A stretch of DNA of 63,651 nt, the filler included, from Welwitschia mirabilis (Eukaryota), in NCBI GenBank assembly GCA_051453625.1. It is 4 parts of one record of this genome, joined end to end, with 100 filler letters (N's around TTAATTAATTAA, not from the genome) between each part and the next. Parts side by side here need not be neighbours in the genome. Positions count along the whole stretch, not along the records: positions 30,525 to 44,655 come from JBOZIK010000001.1; positions 44,756 to 61,925 come from JBOZIK010000001.1; 2 more parts are not named here. The stretch is one strand, 5' to 3'. The notes under the pieces were generated by a model. The model did no database searches, was not told the DNA's origin, and saw nothing but the letters and a program-made list of their open reading frames with translations. This document shows positions 38,779 through 49,999 of this stretch, in pieces (positions within the stretch are counted from its first letter, which is position 1; every line of letters starts with the position of its first letter). Position numbers and translations under genes: made by a program.

Positions 38779-40430
38779 GTTCCAATACCAGTCTAAGGTG
38801 TAACCAGTTAATGATCTACAAGAGAAACTAATTTTAGCGGTAAGATAATCAACAAACATAATATAGGCATTTCAATGAGTGCATATATGAACAACAGGGT
38901 GTGTTCACATTTGAATTTGTTGAAATAGGGCACATCAACTCCTTGATGCAGTAGAGAAATTTGGATGAGAGGATGAATAGGATCCCTGGTTAAGACCTCT
39001 ATGTCACAAATTAGAGGATCAAGTTCTCTAGAGTGAAGGGCTTGGGCTTCTCTTTATAGTTGTTGAATAGTTGTGAGAATGGTAGGATCCTATTGAATTT
39101 GGAGTGGCTTAAGATATGGTGACAAGGTTTTGAATTGGGTTGTTGTTAGTTTTATGAGTGACATAGAGATGAGAATGATGAATTCAATGATGTGCTTGAT
39201 GCCTATGAAGACATCCAACTAATGAGCAAGTAGGAATGTAATTAAGGTCAATATCATCGTCCAAAGTGAACGGAGAAAAAAGAAGAATTTTGATGTAGAG
39301 TCACACAATGAAAGCCCTAGATCAAGGCTTTGAAGTTTCAAAAGAGACACAATAAAGAAGCAAAAGAAACATGAGAGGGAAAATCAAAGAATGCTTTGTA
39401 TAAACTGAACAAAATTACATAGAGTACAAGCTTACAAACATGGCTCACACATGAGCTTCTTCATATTGCTCCACCAAGACTTTCTTTGCATTCTCCTTTC
39501 TCCCCAAAACACCCACTACCTCCCCTTCTTCATAAGCCAAGTTAAGGGAATCTACATCATTACATGCTAAACATAACCTTTAACAATTTGCTAAAATTAG
39601 GTCCTAAATTTAGAAGATTCCTTACATCCAAGATTCTTCTCACCTAAATATTCCCTTTAAACATAGCAAACTCAAAATAAGCATATCTGCCAAATTGAGC
39701 ATATAAGCAATCTACAGAAAACTCCCTGGCAATCTTTAGACTAAAATTTTTGAAATTAGAAGATCTTGCATCATCCTCCCCCACTTGAAAGGGTACTATC
39801 ACGAAAAAGATATTGTTTTTTAGTTAAGCTTGCAAGTCTCATCCGTAAGTAGTTTTCCTGGCTCATCAGTATAGCATCTTTGGGGGTTTGGACTAGAATT
39901 TGAACAAAATATTTCTTGCACCTTCTTCTTTTGGTCTACTTTTCACATTGATCTAGCATAACAGGTGGTCCATACACCTTTGCCTTGCCTTTGGTTACCT
40001 TTTGTAATTCCTTGATCCATGTGTTGTCATTGTCCGGCTTGCCTTCATACATGAACAAATCAACAACATTAAAGGTCGGAGAGAGATCAATAACTTGAAG
40101 TAACCCTAGCTTATACGCCTTGAAAGATATGTTCTTGACATGGCATAGTCCTCTTGTTCTTTACTGTATTGTACATTTGTATTAGAAATCTATCCTTATG
40201 GGTATCTGCCATGACAAGATCACCTTCTTCAAATCCACATCTCTTCTATGTGATCCACCAGCTCCTTGGTCTTCAGGCTCTGCCTCTCACGTCGTTCATG
40301 CACATACTCGTGTAAATTTACAATTCTAGTTGCAACGTCTTCTGCCATTGCTAATGGAGCATCGATCTTTCTAACTAGATTTGGTATTCTAGGATGAAAT
40401 CAAAAGACCAATTCGAATAGTGTGTTTCCT
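38779..40430 (-). mobile_element. Chromovirus-type Gypsy remnant: integrase C-terminus, chromodomain, PPT, LTR
   Basis: LSPTFNVVDL (about 40057-40087). Chromodomain-like MLDQ..K*TKRRRCKKYFVQ....PKDA (about 39870-39960). PPT aagtgggggagga-TGATGC at about 39770-39787. LTR approx. 38795-39773. Confidence 0.75.
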
Positions 40431-41039
40431 GTGTTCAAATAAAATTATCTTAGATTTTTTATTGTAATTTCTTTATAGCTTTCCTCCTCTACTTCTTTTC
40501 CCTCTTACGTAAAGCACTAATTACTCTGGATCCTATAAACACTGCATCAAATTTGTATGTGGTCCAAATAAGTTTTTCTTCAAAAGTGGCCTTTGAGTTT
40601 GATTATGCTGTTGTTTTGATTAATGTTGACAATGAATAGTGTTTACTTGTCGTATAGTGTCTTAAAGAATTTGGTCAGCATTATGTGCAAGACATCTTTG
40701 TTATGAAGGATTGTGGCAAAAAGGAGGTAAGAATTCATGGGCTTTAAGGTTTTGAATTTAATAAGTGAGGTGGTTATGTTATCAAGGAATCTAGTAAGCT
40801 TATACTTCATCAATAATGAGATTCTAATGTAGTTTGGGCCTTCAGGTTGTGGATTTTGAAGACAAGACTCATTATTTAGAAAAGGTGTGTTGGGAGCTAT
40901 AGGGTTACATGTCAATTGCCTATATAGGTACACTAAAGGAGGATTTGGAATAGGGTTTATATTGATTATTAAATGGGAATTTGAGATTACAACCTCCAAT
41001 TGTTGAAAAGTGAAGTCTTCCCTCTATGTGTTAGGTTTC

Positions 41040-43390
41040 CCTTGATGTAAAGTTGATTAAAAAGAAAAAAGAAAAAGAAAAAAAGAAAAGAAAAGAAGAA
41101 AAGTAGTAGTTAAAAGTCCTTATATTGTGAATGTCCCATATTATCTATGACATGATGTTATGTCAATGTAAAGTTAGGATTTTCACTCTAACAAAGAGTT
41201 ATAAATGGGGAGGTTTGGGCAAAGGGAAAGCATTGGAGTTGTAAGAATAGCTTGTGTTCCTATATTCTCATTTCTAATAAGAAAGCTCTGCACTATTTCC
41301 ATAGACATAGGGCAGAAAGAGCCCAAGCCATGTTAACTCTTGCCTTTCGTCGTATCAAAGCCTTGTAGTGTCTAGCTTTTAATGGTTCACAAACCCTAGG
41401 AAATAGAATGAAGTGGAGCAACATAACCAAAGTGGAGTGAGTGAAATGGAGGGTTGCTTCAAATCAAGTAGGTGGCCAATCTTTATAAGTATATACACTT
41501 GTACAAATCAATTTCTTGGCAAAGAGATTTTAAATGTTTTTAAGAGACGATAAGATGGAACACTTGCAAATGATAAATTTACTCATTGCATAGTTATGGG
41601 ACATCTAAAGCATATTCATGAAGGATACCCTAGGGCAAAAGAAGAAGGCAAAAGCAATATCTTTCATTCATGCTTGCCTTAGTAACGATATTTTATAATC
41701 TGTAAGAATAGAAACAAATCCTACCAATTTGTGTACAAACTCAAGTAAGAGGTTCAATCAATTTCATGTCTATCAAAGGATTCCAATTCCAAGATGAAGG
41801 TAGGAATGTCCCTGCAAGACCACTTGGATGATTTTCATATTAAAGAATGACGGNNNNNNNNNNNNNNNNNNNNNNNNNNNNNNNNNNNNNNNNNNNNNNN
41901 NNNNNNNNNNNNNNNNNNNNNNNNNNNNNNNNNNNNNNNNNNNNNNNNNNNNNNNNNNNNNNNNNNNNNNNNNNNNNNNNNNNNNNNNNNNNNNNNNNNN
42001 NNNNNNNNNNNNNNNNNNNNNNNNNNNNNNNNNNNNNNNNNNNNNNNNNNNNNNNNNNNNNNNNNNNNNNNNNNNNNNNNNNNNNNNNNNNNNNNNNNNN
42101 NNNNNNNNNNNNNNNNNNNNNNNNNNNNNNNNNNNNNNNNNNNNNNNNNNNNNNNNNNNNNNNNNNNNNNNNNNNNNNNNNNNNNNNNNNNNNNNNNNNN
42201 NNNNNNNNNNNNNNNNNNNNNNNNNNNNNNNNNNNNNNNNNNNNNNNNNNNNNNNNNNNNNNNNNNNNNNNNNNNNNNNNNNNNNNNNNNNNNNNNNNNN
42301 NNNNNNNNNNNNNNNNNNNNNNNNNNNNNNNNNNNNNNNNNNNNNNNNNNNNNNNNNNNNNNNNNNNNNNNNNNNNNNNNNNGAGGAGTTTCATATTAAA
42401 GAATGACGGAAATGAAAAAAAGCATTACAAAGCTAGGCTCATGGCAAAAGGCTTTGCTCAAAAGCCAAGTGTTGATTTCACTAAGATTTTGCCTTGTTGT
42501 AAAGCATTCTTCTATATGTTTCTCTCTTTCTCTTGTTGCCTACTTAGATTAGAATTGAATAGTCAGACATAAACACTACCTTTTTACATGGTTATTTGGA
42601 TAAAGAATTTTATAGCATCAGCATAAAGAGTATGGAAATCAGCAACACTTAGATGTTGTTTGTTGTCTAAAGAAGTGTCTTTATGGTTTAAAACAAGCTC
42701 CAAGACAGTGATACAAAAATTTTAATACCTTCATGAAGAAGATGTCATATAAGAGGAACCAATTAGATCATTGTGCTTACTTCTCTAGAAGTTCCTTAGG
42801 AAAGTTTGTTATCCTATTGTTGTATGTTGTTAACGTGTTGTTTGCAGGAGATGATAAGGTTGAAATCAAGGATACAAAGGTGAAAATCGGCAAGCAATTT
42901 GCAATGCAAGATTTGGAATATGCAAAGAAAATTCTAGGAAGGAACATTCATGTGGAAAGGAAGCACAAAATGTAGTGGTCTAGCCAAAATGACTACAACG
43001 GCAAGGTGCTTAAATGTTTTTGTACAAAAGATGTCAAACCTATAATTATTCCTTTAGCTCCTTACTTTTAGCTATATAGAAATGACTATCATAGTTCAAA
43101 AGGAGTGTAAAGGTAAAAAATATTCCACATACTTCAATGGTAGGCTAACTCATATATGCTATCGTATGCACTTGTCTTGATATTGCCTATGCATTTGGAG
43201 TAGTTAGCAAATACATCAGTAACTTTGGTTGGAATCATAGGCATGCTATAAAATGGAATCTTAGATGGTTAAAAAGAACACAAATGGCTTGCTTGTGTTT
43301 TAGTTATGGAGAGTTATGCATTCAAGGTTTTGTGGATGCTGATTTTGCAACAAATTTAGAAACCACCCATTCCACTATAGCTTAAGCTTT
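41040..43390 (+). mobile_element. Internally deleted Copia (LTR, PBS, gag, RT, start of RNase H), related to element B
   Basis: PBS-like tcgtatcaaagcc at about 41350; gag LQDHLD (about 41812); YKARLMAKGF (about 42426); LYGLKQAPRQ; GFVDADFA (about 43326). Confidence 0.85.
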
Positions 43391-44516
43391 TATACGATTC
43401 AACACCTTTATGGATCATATTAAGGAAAAAAACAAAAAGTAAGCCATTAAAACCATATTTCAAGTGCTTGTTCACATTTTGACAGCTTTCCAATGTGATA
43501 GAGCACTCGAACAGTGCTTCCAAGCTTAGAAACATTAGATTCTTTGGATCAAATCAATTCTTCGAAGTTTCGAAAATGCAAAGAAAGTTCTTCAAAGTAT
43601 CAAAAACGTTAGATTGAATTTTTTGTCTTTTGATGAACTGCAAAGTCATAGCTTTTTGAACGAAGACCTGTGGTGAAACAATTTCAAAGGGGAACTTGAG
43701 CTCTGCACATCCTGCAAAATGTTGAGTGCCATAGTCAAAGGCCTAAAAACAGCCATCACCACTCTGTCACAGTCGAATTCGAGATGCATGTGTGGGGCAG
43801 AGTTGCATTTGGAATTTTTATTCCAATCTATTATTTCCATCCCAATGACACAAAAGCATTGTCTGTTACTGTAAGATACAAGAGAGCATAGTAGTGGAGA
43901 ATTTGTGCCATACTGAGCAATTTTTGCATCCTATAGGGTATCAATTAAAAAAATATTCACCTTGTTTCCTTCCTACATTTTGAACACAATACTAATTTCC
44001 ATTCTCTGAACTAATAGACCACCTATCAAACTATGGCTATTTTTGTAATACGGTGGCATGACATGCAAATCGAGACTTACAAATATCAACCCCTTCTCGC
44101 AATCTTGAAAATCCTAACTTAACAACCAATTTTGAGTTTTTGAATCATCATTAAACATATAAAAGTGCACTTCATAACTTGACTGAATAGCTTGCTCTAT
44201 TGTGTTAACACAATACTCTATGAGTTATTCATGCCTCACAAACTGTGGTTTCTATATTGATTTGTAGTTATTTATTCTGTGGGCAAGCAGATTCCTCTCA
44301 TTATTTAAGAAAATGTATTTTTTTCACTACAATAATGTAACAAGCAATATATTGTTTCCAGAAACTAGATCTTAGATAAATGTCCTATTAAATTGTTTTA
44401 TTGGATAAATGTAATAATATAATTTTTAATAACATATTAATGTTTTTAAGTGTTACCTTCATTTCATGGCTTTTAATCATGATTGGTTCTTTGCTATTTT
44501 TAATTTTTTATGCAAT

Positions 44517-44655
44517 TGTTGGAAGTGAAGCCAAATCTCTTGATGTTATTTATTCCTTTATAGTGTGACTTGATATATTTTTATATAGTCCCTTTTCTTG
44601 TTGTAATATTAAAAGAAAAAGGGAAGTTAAATGGGGTCATCTAGAAAGTTCTAGA
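44517..44655 (+). mobile_element. 5' part of a Copia LTR, same family as 35114, cut by a gap
   Basis: tgttggaagtgaagccaaatctcttgatgttatttattccttt is identical to the start of the LTR at 35114. Confidence 0.9.
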
Positions 44656-44755
44656 NNNNNNNNNNNNNNNNNNNNNNNNNNNNNNNNNNNNNNNNNNNNT
44701 TAATTAATTAANNNNNNNNNNNNNNNNNNNNNNNNNNNNNNNNNNNNNNNNNNNN

Positions 44756-44779
44756 CACACACACACACACACACACACA
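44756..44779. repeat. (CA)n microsatellite at a contig edge
   Basis: About 12 CA units directly after the gap. Confidence 0.95.
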
Positions 44780-45396
44780 AAAGAAGGAGACTGCCTGAGA
44801 AAGGTCCTCTGTACTCTCTATTGTGACTACAAATGGTAGATAACAGAGTAATTAGAAAGGAACGAAACTCTTTTATTAGTCTCTCTCTGAAAACATCGAT
44901 CCTCTTTTAAAGGAGAGGAGACTCGTATATATAAGTCTCTCCAGTCGCAAAGGGAGGGAGAGGGGTGTAATATAGACACAAATAACTAAAACATTCAAAT
45001 ACAAAGATGAAGGGAAAACACTAGTAGTGGCAAATAGATGCGCAGATAACTCGTTTAATAGGAGAAGCTTCTTCTATTGTCTTCAAGAGTCTTTCTTGTG
45101 ATGGAAGGGAGGTTGGCGACTTGCTCGGACTTTAGAAGAGAGATCTTCTTATGAGATTGAGATCACTGTCCAACATGTGAGAGGAACTCCAGTCTAATAA
45201 ATAAAGTTTATAATACTAGAGAATAACTAGGAATTAAAGAGACAACGAAGAGAAAGTCTCCTAGATGTAGAGACCTAGAAGCAGACGACAAAGGGGAAGA
45301 CTGCCTCTTTGATGGAAAGCAGAGGAAAGGGAGTGAGATGGAAGAAAGGGAAAAATATGATAATGGGGGTCCGCATGTCCTTGAGCTAGCTAGGAT

Positions 45397-47008
45397 CATT
45401 GTTTAAAGAAGCGGCGATTAGTTGTTGCCTAGGCGATTAGTCACCTCAAAAATCTATAGAAGACTTGTTTTAAGGTGTGGGTTGGCTAGTGCAAGACTCT
45501 AGGCGACTAGTTACCACCTGTCTGAGCAGCGACTAATCGCCGATTATTTTTAAAAAATTTAGAAAAAGTTGCACGCGAGAGCCGTGCGACTTCGCTAAAA
45601 ACCGACCCTTTCTCGCAAGGCCGCGACAAGACAGATTTTTTGCGCAAATAGATGAAGAAAAGGAGGAGACTTAACGTGAACAGAAGATGATTCAAAGAAG
45701 ACTTTGGCATGAACAGACAAAGAAACAAAGGAGAATCAATTTCCATCAGCTGTGCACCTCAAAACTTGTCTCATGGGTTCTTTAGTTCAATCAACAAATT
45801 AGGCTACAAGCCACACAGAATCTATCAACATTTTTTTTGGTTAATAGAAGCCTAAGCTTAGCTCAAAAATCAGTCTTAGATTAAGCCTTGATGTTGGCCC
45901 TAATCTGATCCATATCTCAGCCAATGGACAGTCATTCTTCTGTGTTTAACTCAATCTTATCTCTGTTACTAGGTTTAAAGCGAGTTTAGCATAGGCAACG
46001 AACATAGCCACAAGTAGTAGCAAAACATGCTGTTCCATAATGCCATCCTTTGTCATGTTTTCAGATTTGATCCAATGAATTTCAGGCCTGGTTTTGGACT
46101 GTAACTCTAAAGGTGGCTGCAATAACTCTTCTCTTTGTGTAGGAGTATTTGAGAATGCCCTCAAACTCACATTTCATGATGTCCTGCTTTATAAAGTGGA
46201 TAGATTAGGCTAAGGCTAAAAGTCTTGTTATTCATTCAATGGACCATTAGAGCCAATTACAGTATTTATGGTCTTGCTTGTTCACCTACCTTCTTTTCAA
46301 TACAACACACCTCCTGGCAGTTTATGAGTCTTTCTCAGAACATATATGCTGCAGATGCATTTAAAAAAAAGACTCTGGACAGATAAGTCTTGCTATTGCA
46401 TGTTGGAGATGTCACTAAGGCATAGTTATCAGAATTATAAATAATTATGTAAACGTGAGCTCAATAGGCTTGAAGTACTTAAAATTTTGATCCACTGATC
46501 TTTTAATGCAGACATTGGAGCAGGTTGTAAGTCTTACAGCTCAATTGGAAACAGATATTTCTTTGGCAAAATAAATTTCTGAATGAGATTGATAAAACAG
46601 ACTGTGATTCCAACCTCCTGTCTAGTATAACTCTGATGGAACACTGAAAAAGCAGTTCATGTATAGGAACTATGAAGCTGAAATGATGGTCCTCTTCAAC
46701 ACATTGCGTTTTCAAAATAACATGTTCGTCATGGAAAATATACCCCTCAATGTGATTGTCTACTAGTATCCCCTTGTAAACATGGATCTTTTCATACGAC
46801 CTACAATTTGGGGTTTTGATGAGCTCTATCTTCACCACAGCGATATTCTTCAATCAGTGACTTGAAATTAAAGAAAAATGATTTTTTAATGCTTTTTTTA
46901 TAAGCCACCCTTTTTAGCCGACTTTTTTGCCAACTAGTCTCCAACTCAACGACTGGCTCGTTTTTTGAGATTACTGACTTTTTACTTTTGCCGACTATTT
47001 AACCACTA
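45397..47008. mobile_element. Non-autonomous hAT-type element (1612 bp) with non-transposase interior
   Basis: Imperfect TIRs CATTGTTTAAA / rc TAGTGGTTAAA. 8-bp TSD GCTAGGAT (45389-45396) vs GCTAGCAT (47009-47016). GCGAC/CCGAC subterminal repeats at both ends. Confidence 0.85.
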
Positions 47009-48133
47009 GCTAGCATTCAATGATGTAGTAGCACTTGGAAGACTGAGGGAAGCAGTGATAACATGTCTGATTGGTCCCTAATGGTGCCAGAGAGATCATT
47101 CCACCAAGACAGTGGGCACCTAAGTAGTCATCAGGCTAGTACTCACCCTATAGTGTAATGCCATTAGCAAGCTCACTTGATTTCGACAGGTCCTAAGGAT
47201 TTGATGCAACTTTTGTACTCTTTTGGATTTGAAGCGGTTGATGATTGTGCCCTCGGTGGAGGAAGTTGGGCAAGGGGTTAAAGTAGTTTGATCCTGTCTA
47301 GAAAACTAAGTCTCTAGGAAGGAAGCAACTTGAAGAGGACTTCTAATTGGGGGAACAACTAGGCTAAAAGCCAAAAGAGGTTGATTGCGAGAAGGAAAAA
47401 GGAAGTGCCATCGATTGAGACAGAGGGCAGGGCGTTTTAGGTTCCATGCCAAAGGCATGGTAAGGGCTGGATTCCATGCCCAAGGTGTGTAATGGATGGG
47501 TTTCACGCCTTGGAGGGAATGTTGGTGATGGAAGGGAGAAGAAAAGGAGGAAAGGGGCCAGAAAGAAAAGGCAATGGGAAGGAGGCAGAGAAGAAGAGAA
47601 GGGTGAGGAGATGGAAATGGAAAGGGGAGCGAAGTGAGAGTAAGGGACCTCAAAGATAAAATGGAGAAGGGTAGCTCTGACTAAGTTGGAGTCCCAAGCT
47701 CATCCAACGTCTAATGCTGAGAAGATGAAGCTAAAAAATCCACTGAACGTCCAACCTGTCAAAGGGAAAGTCACAATCTGATTCTTATTCCTACGAGCTA
47801 TCAGAGGCTAGAGGCTCATTGAACTAAGCTAGCAGGTGGAGCCTGGAGGAAGAATTCCATACCCAGGGCATGAAAGGTGTTGGATTCCATGCCTAGGCTG
47901 TGGAACTAGATGGATTCCACGCCCATAAGGAGTGTGGAAAGGTGGGAAAGGGAGGAAATGAAGATAAGAATGAAAAAGGATAGGTAAGAGGAAAAAGGCA
48001 AAGATGGGAAGAAAAGGGGGAATGGAAAAGGAATCCTAGGCAAAGGATGTTGCCTGGAGATGTCTTCTTGTGGAGTCAAAAGACCGAAGACTCTGGCTAA
48101 AGGCAGGGCACTAAGCTAAAGGAGCTGGAACTA

Positions 48134-48217
48134 GAGCAGATACTGGCCTCTAGAGCTAATGCTAAGGCTTATGGAGCAGATACTGGCCTCTAGAGCTAAT
48201 GCTAAGGCTTATGGAGC
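48134..48217. repeat. Perfect tandem repeat, 2.1 x 40 bp
   Basis: gagcagatactggcctctagagctaatgctaaggcttatg at 48134 and 48174. Confidence 0.95.
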
Positions 48218-48653
48218 TGAGACCTGAAGGCAGGGTGGAGTTCTCTTCCATGCCTTGCCTGGATTCCATGTTGATTGAGAAGAAAGGGTGAGGGAAAGGG
48301 AAGAGGCAGAAGAAGAGAAAAGGAGGGAAAAGAGGAAAAGAGAGAGGAAGAAAAAGGGGTGATGGAGTAGGTGGAGAGGAGGGCAGGTTGGAAAGGAAAG
48401 GAAAGGAAAGGAAGTGGTACCCCGGCACCTAGGGGGTTCGGTTGGTACCCAAAAGCTATTATCGATTGCTAACTAGCCGCAATCCACCCTCACTACCTTA
48501 TTCTCATGCTAGCTGGGATAATTGCTTAATAGAAAAACAATTTACATTTCTTCTGTTGTAAATAACCTACTGAACTGGTAGCAAGTAGGTCACTTCCCTT
48601 CTGAATCAGCACAATCAAGAGACGGTATAATCGCCCTTTTTACTTGTGAACAA

Positions 48654-48920
48654 AATCTTCCAACACTTATGAATCACAGCTCCTCATAATCTTATGTTTA
48701 CTGCTAATGCTTCCCATCAAAACCATGAAAACAGATTAGTATCACCCAAAATACAATTAGAAAATATAACAGGTTGCAGCTAGTATGAATCTTTCAACAC
48801 TTATGAAGCACAGCTCCTCATAATCTTATGTTTACTGCTAACGCTTCCCATCAAAACCATGAAAACAAATGAGTTCACCCAAAATACAATTAGAAACTAT
48901 AGTAAGTTACAGCTAGTCTG
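48654..48920. repeat. Intronic tandem duplication, 2 x approx. 134 bp
   Basis: aatctt.caacacttatgaa.cacagctcctcataatcttatgtttactgcta... at 48654 and 48788. Confidence 0.92.
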
Positions 48921-49903
48921 ATTAAGTCTATGAATAAAGCTTAAAATCTGTCCAAGATACTAGTATCTTGCCAACCATCCATTCAGATTCTAGGAAAGTA
49001 GGGCCCCTTTCAATCCTCCAAATACAGACCTGTACATTGGTTGGTTAAACCCAAACAGACTGCATGTTACTTTATGTTCAGTGACAAAACATGCCTCTAA
49101 ATCTGAACATTTTAGTCCCATAACCCATCTAAATCATCATTTCTCTGTCTCAAACCCAGCTTGCTAAACCTAAGTGATTCTAACAAGGATGGATATAGAA
49201 CTATAGAAAATGAATATGCTATAGGTTGTTTTACAACATTAGCAGCAATTTCCATCTAGTCATATCCTTTCATGGATATCAGGAATCGTTGTCATTTTGC
49301 CATGCAAATATGAGTCTGAGAATTGGTCTTCAAGCGAGTCTAGTTATATATGTTTTCAAAATTGAATATGTTAATATCCAATGGCATCCCTTCGATAACG
49401 CATATCCTCAAAATCTAACATCAATACCATTTGTATGGCGCATCACCAATTTTGTTTACACCAAACAAATCGTCTTCATTTAAACTGTATCCAACCATGT
49501 ATAACGCTTGTCTTAACTCTAATTCACATTATCTAAGGTAGCTATTTCAAAGTCTGTAAAGTGAACACTAACACGATAAACACAGTTCGGTTTAGCTGTC
49601 ATGATCTGCTTTTTCCTTAAATATTTTTAAAGCCATCCGTGACTTAAGAAGGCATTTCAAGTAAATTTGCTCTCTAACCATTGAATAAAGAGGGTTTGGA
49701 AGAAGAATTTTTCATTTCCCCTTGATGTGGAGCAAATCCATGGAGCATGAACGTGGTCGTATTTCTAATGGATTTTGAGCAACAGTCTCAACTACGACAC
49801 GGTAAGTCCAGTCTAGTAGAATTCTCAAATTGCTAAATGTTGAGTTCCGGCTAGCGAAAATGTGAAACGTAATACCCAAATAAACAAGGTTGAGAAAACT
49901 CAC

Positions 49904-49999
49904 ATGATTAGGTGAAAGGAATGTGCCTTCCAATGACGAAAGGTCCAACGCGAAAAGAAGCATCAGAAGCAGGAATGAAGAAAGAATGAACTTCGCCAT
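49904..49999 (-). CDS. PIGX: Probable first coding exon (signal peptide) of the PIG-X gene
   Basis: GCCATGG start context and hydrophobic N-terminus MAKFILSSFLLLMLLFALDLSSLEG. Strong donor CAT|gtgagt (phase 0). ttctag lies 3 nt before the ATG (possible 5'UTR intron). The link to the downstream exons is inferred from strand, order and the type-I membrane topology of PIG-X. Confidence 0.55.

Larger units (their letters stand above)
44780..48470. mobile_element. Probable retroelement-derived region (interrupted by the hAT) with purine-rich internal repeats
   Basis: Three related blocks with ggattccatg plus a GA-rich tract (about 47430, 47860, 48250). No diagnostic domain found. Confidence 0.35.

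Noticed and set aside
41832..42410. tttcatattaaagaatgacgg repeated across a gap, and long X-filled ORFs
   Set aside because: Gap-edge duplication. ORFs running through N stretches here and elsewhere are not real.
43646..43840. Possible exon DVQSSSSPLKLFHHR after ttttgcag
   Set aside because: Weak donor and phase 2 end do not bridge the flanking PIG-X exons; no homology recognised.
46503..46853. 116-aa ORF as an independent gene
   Set aside because: Non-ATG start, crosses into no recognisable domain and lies inside a hAT element. Only a sub-segment is kept as a candidate exon.
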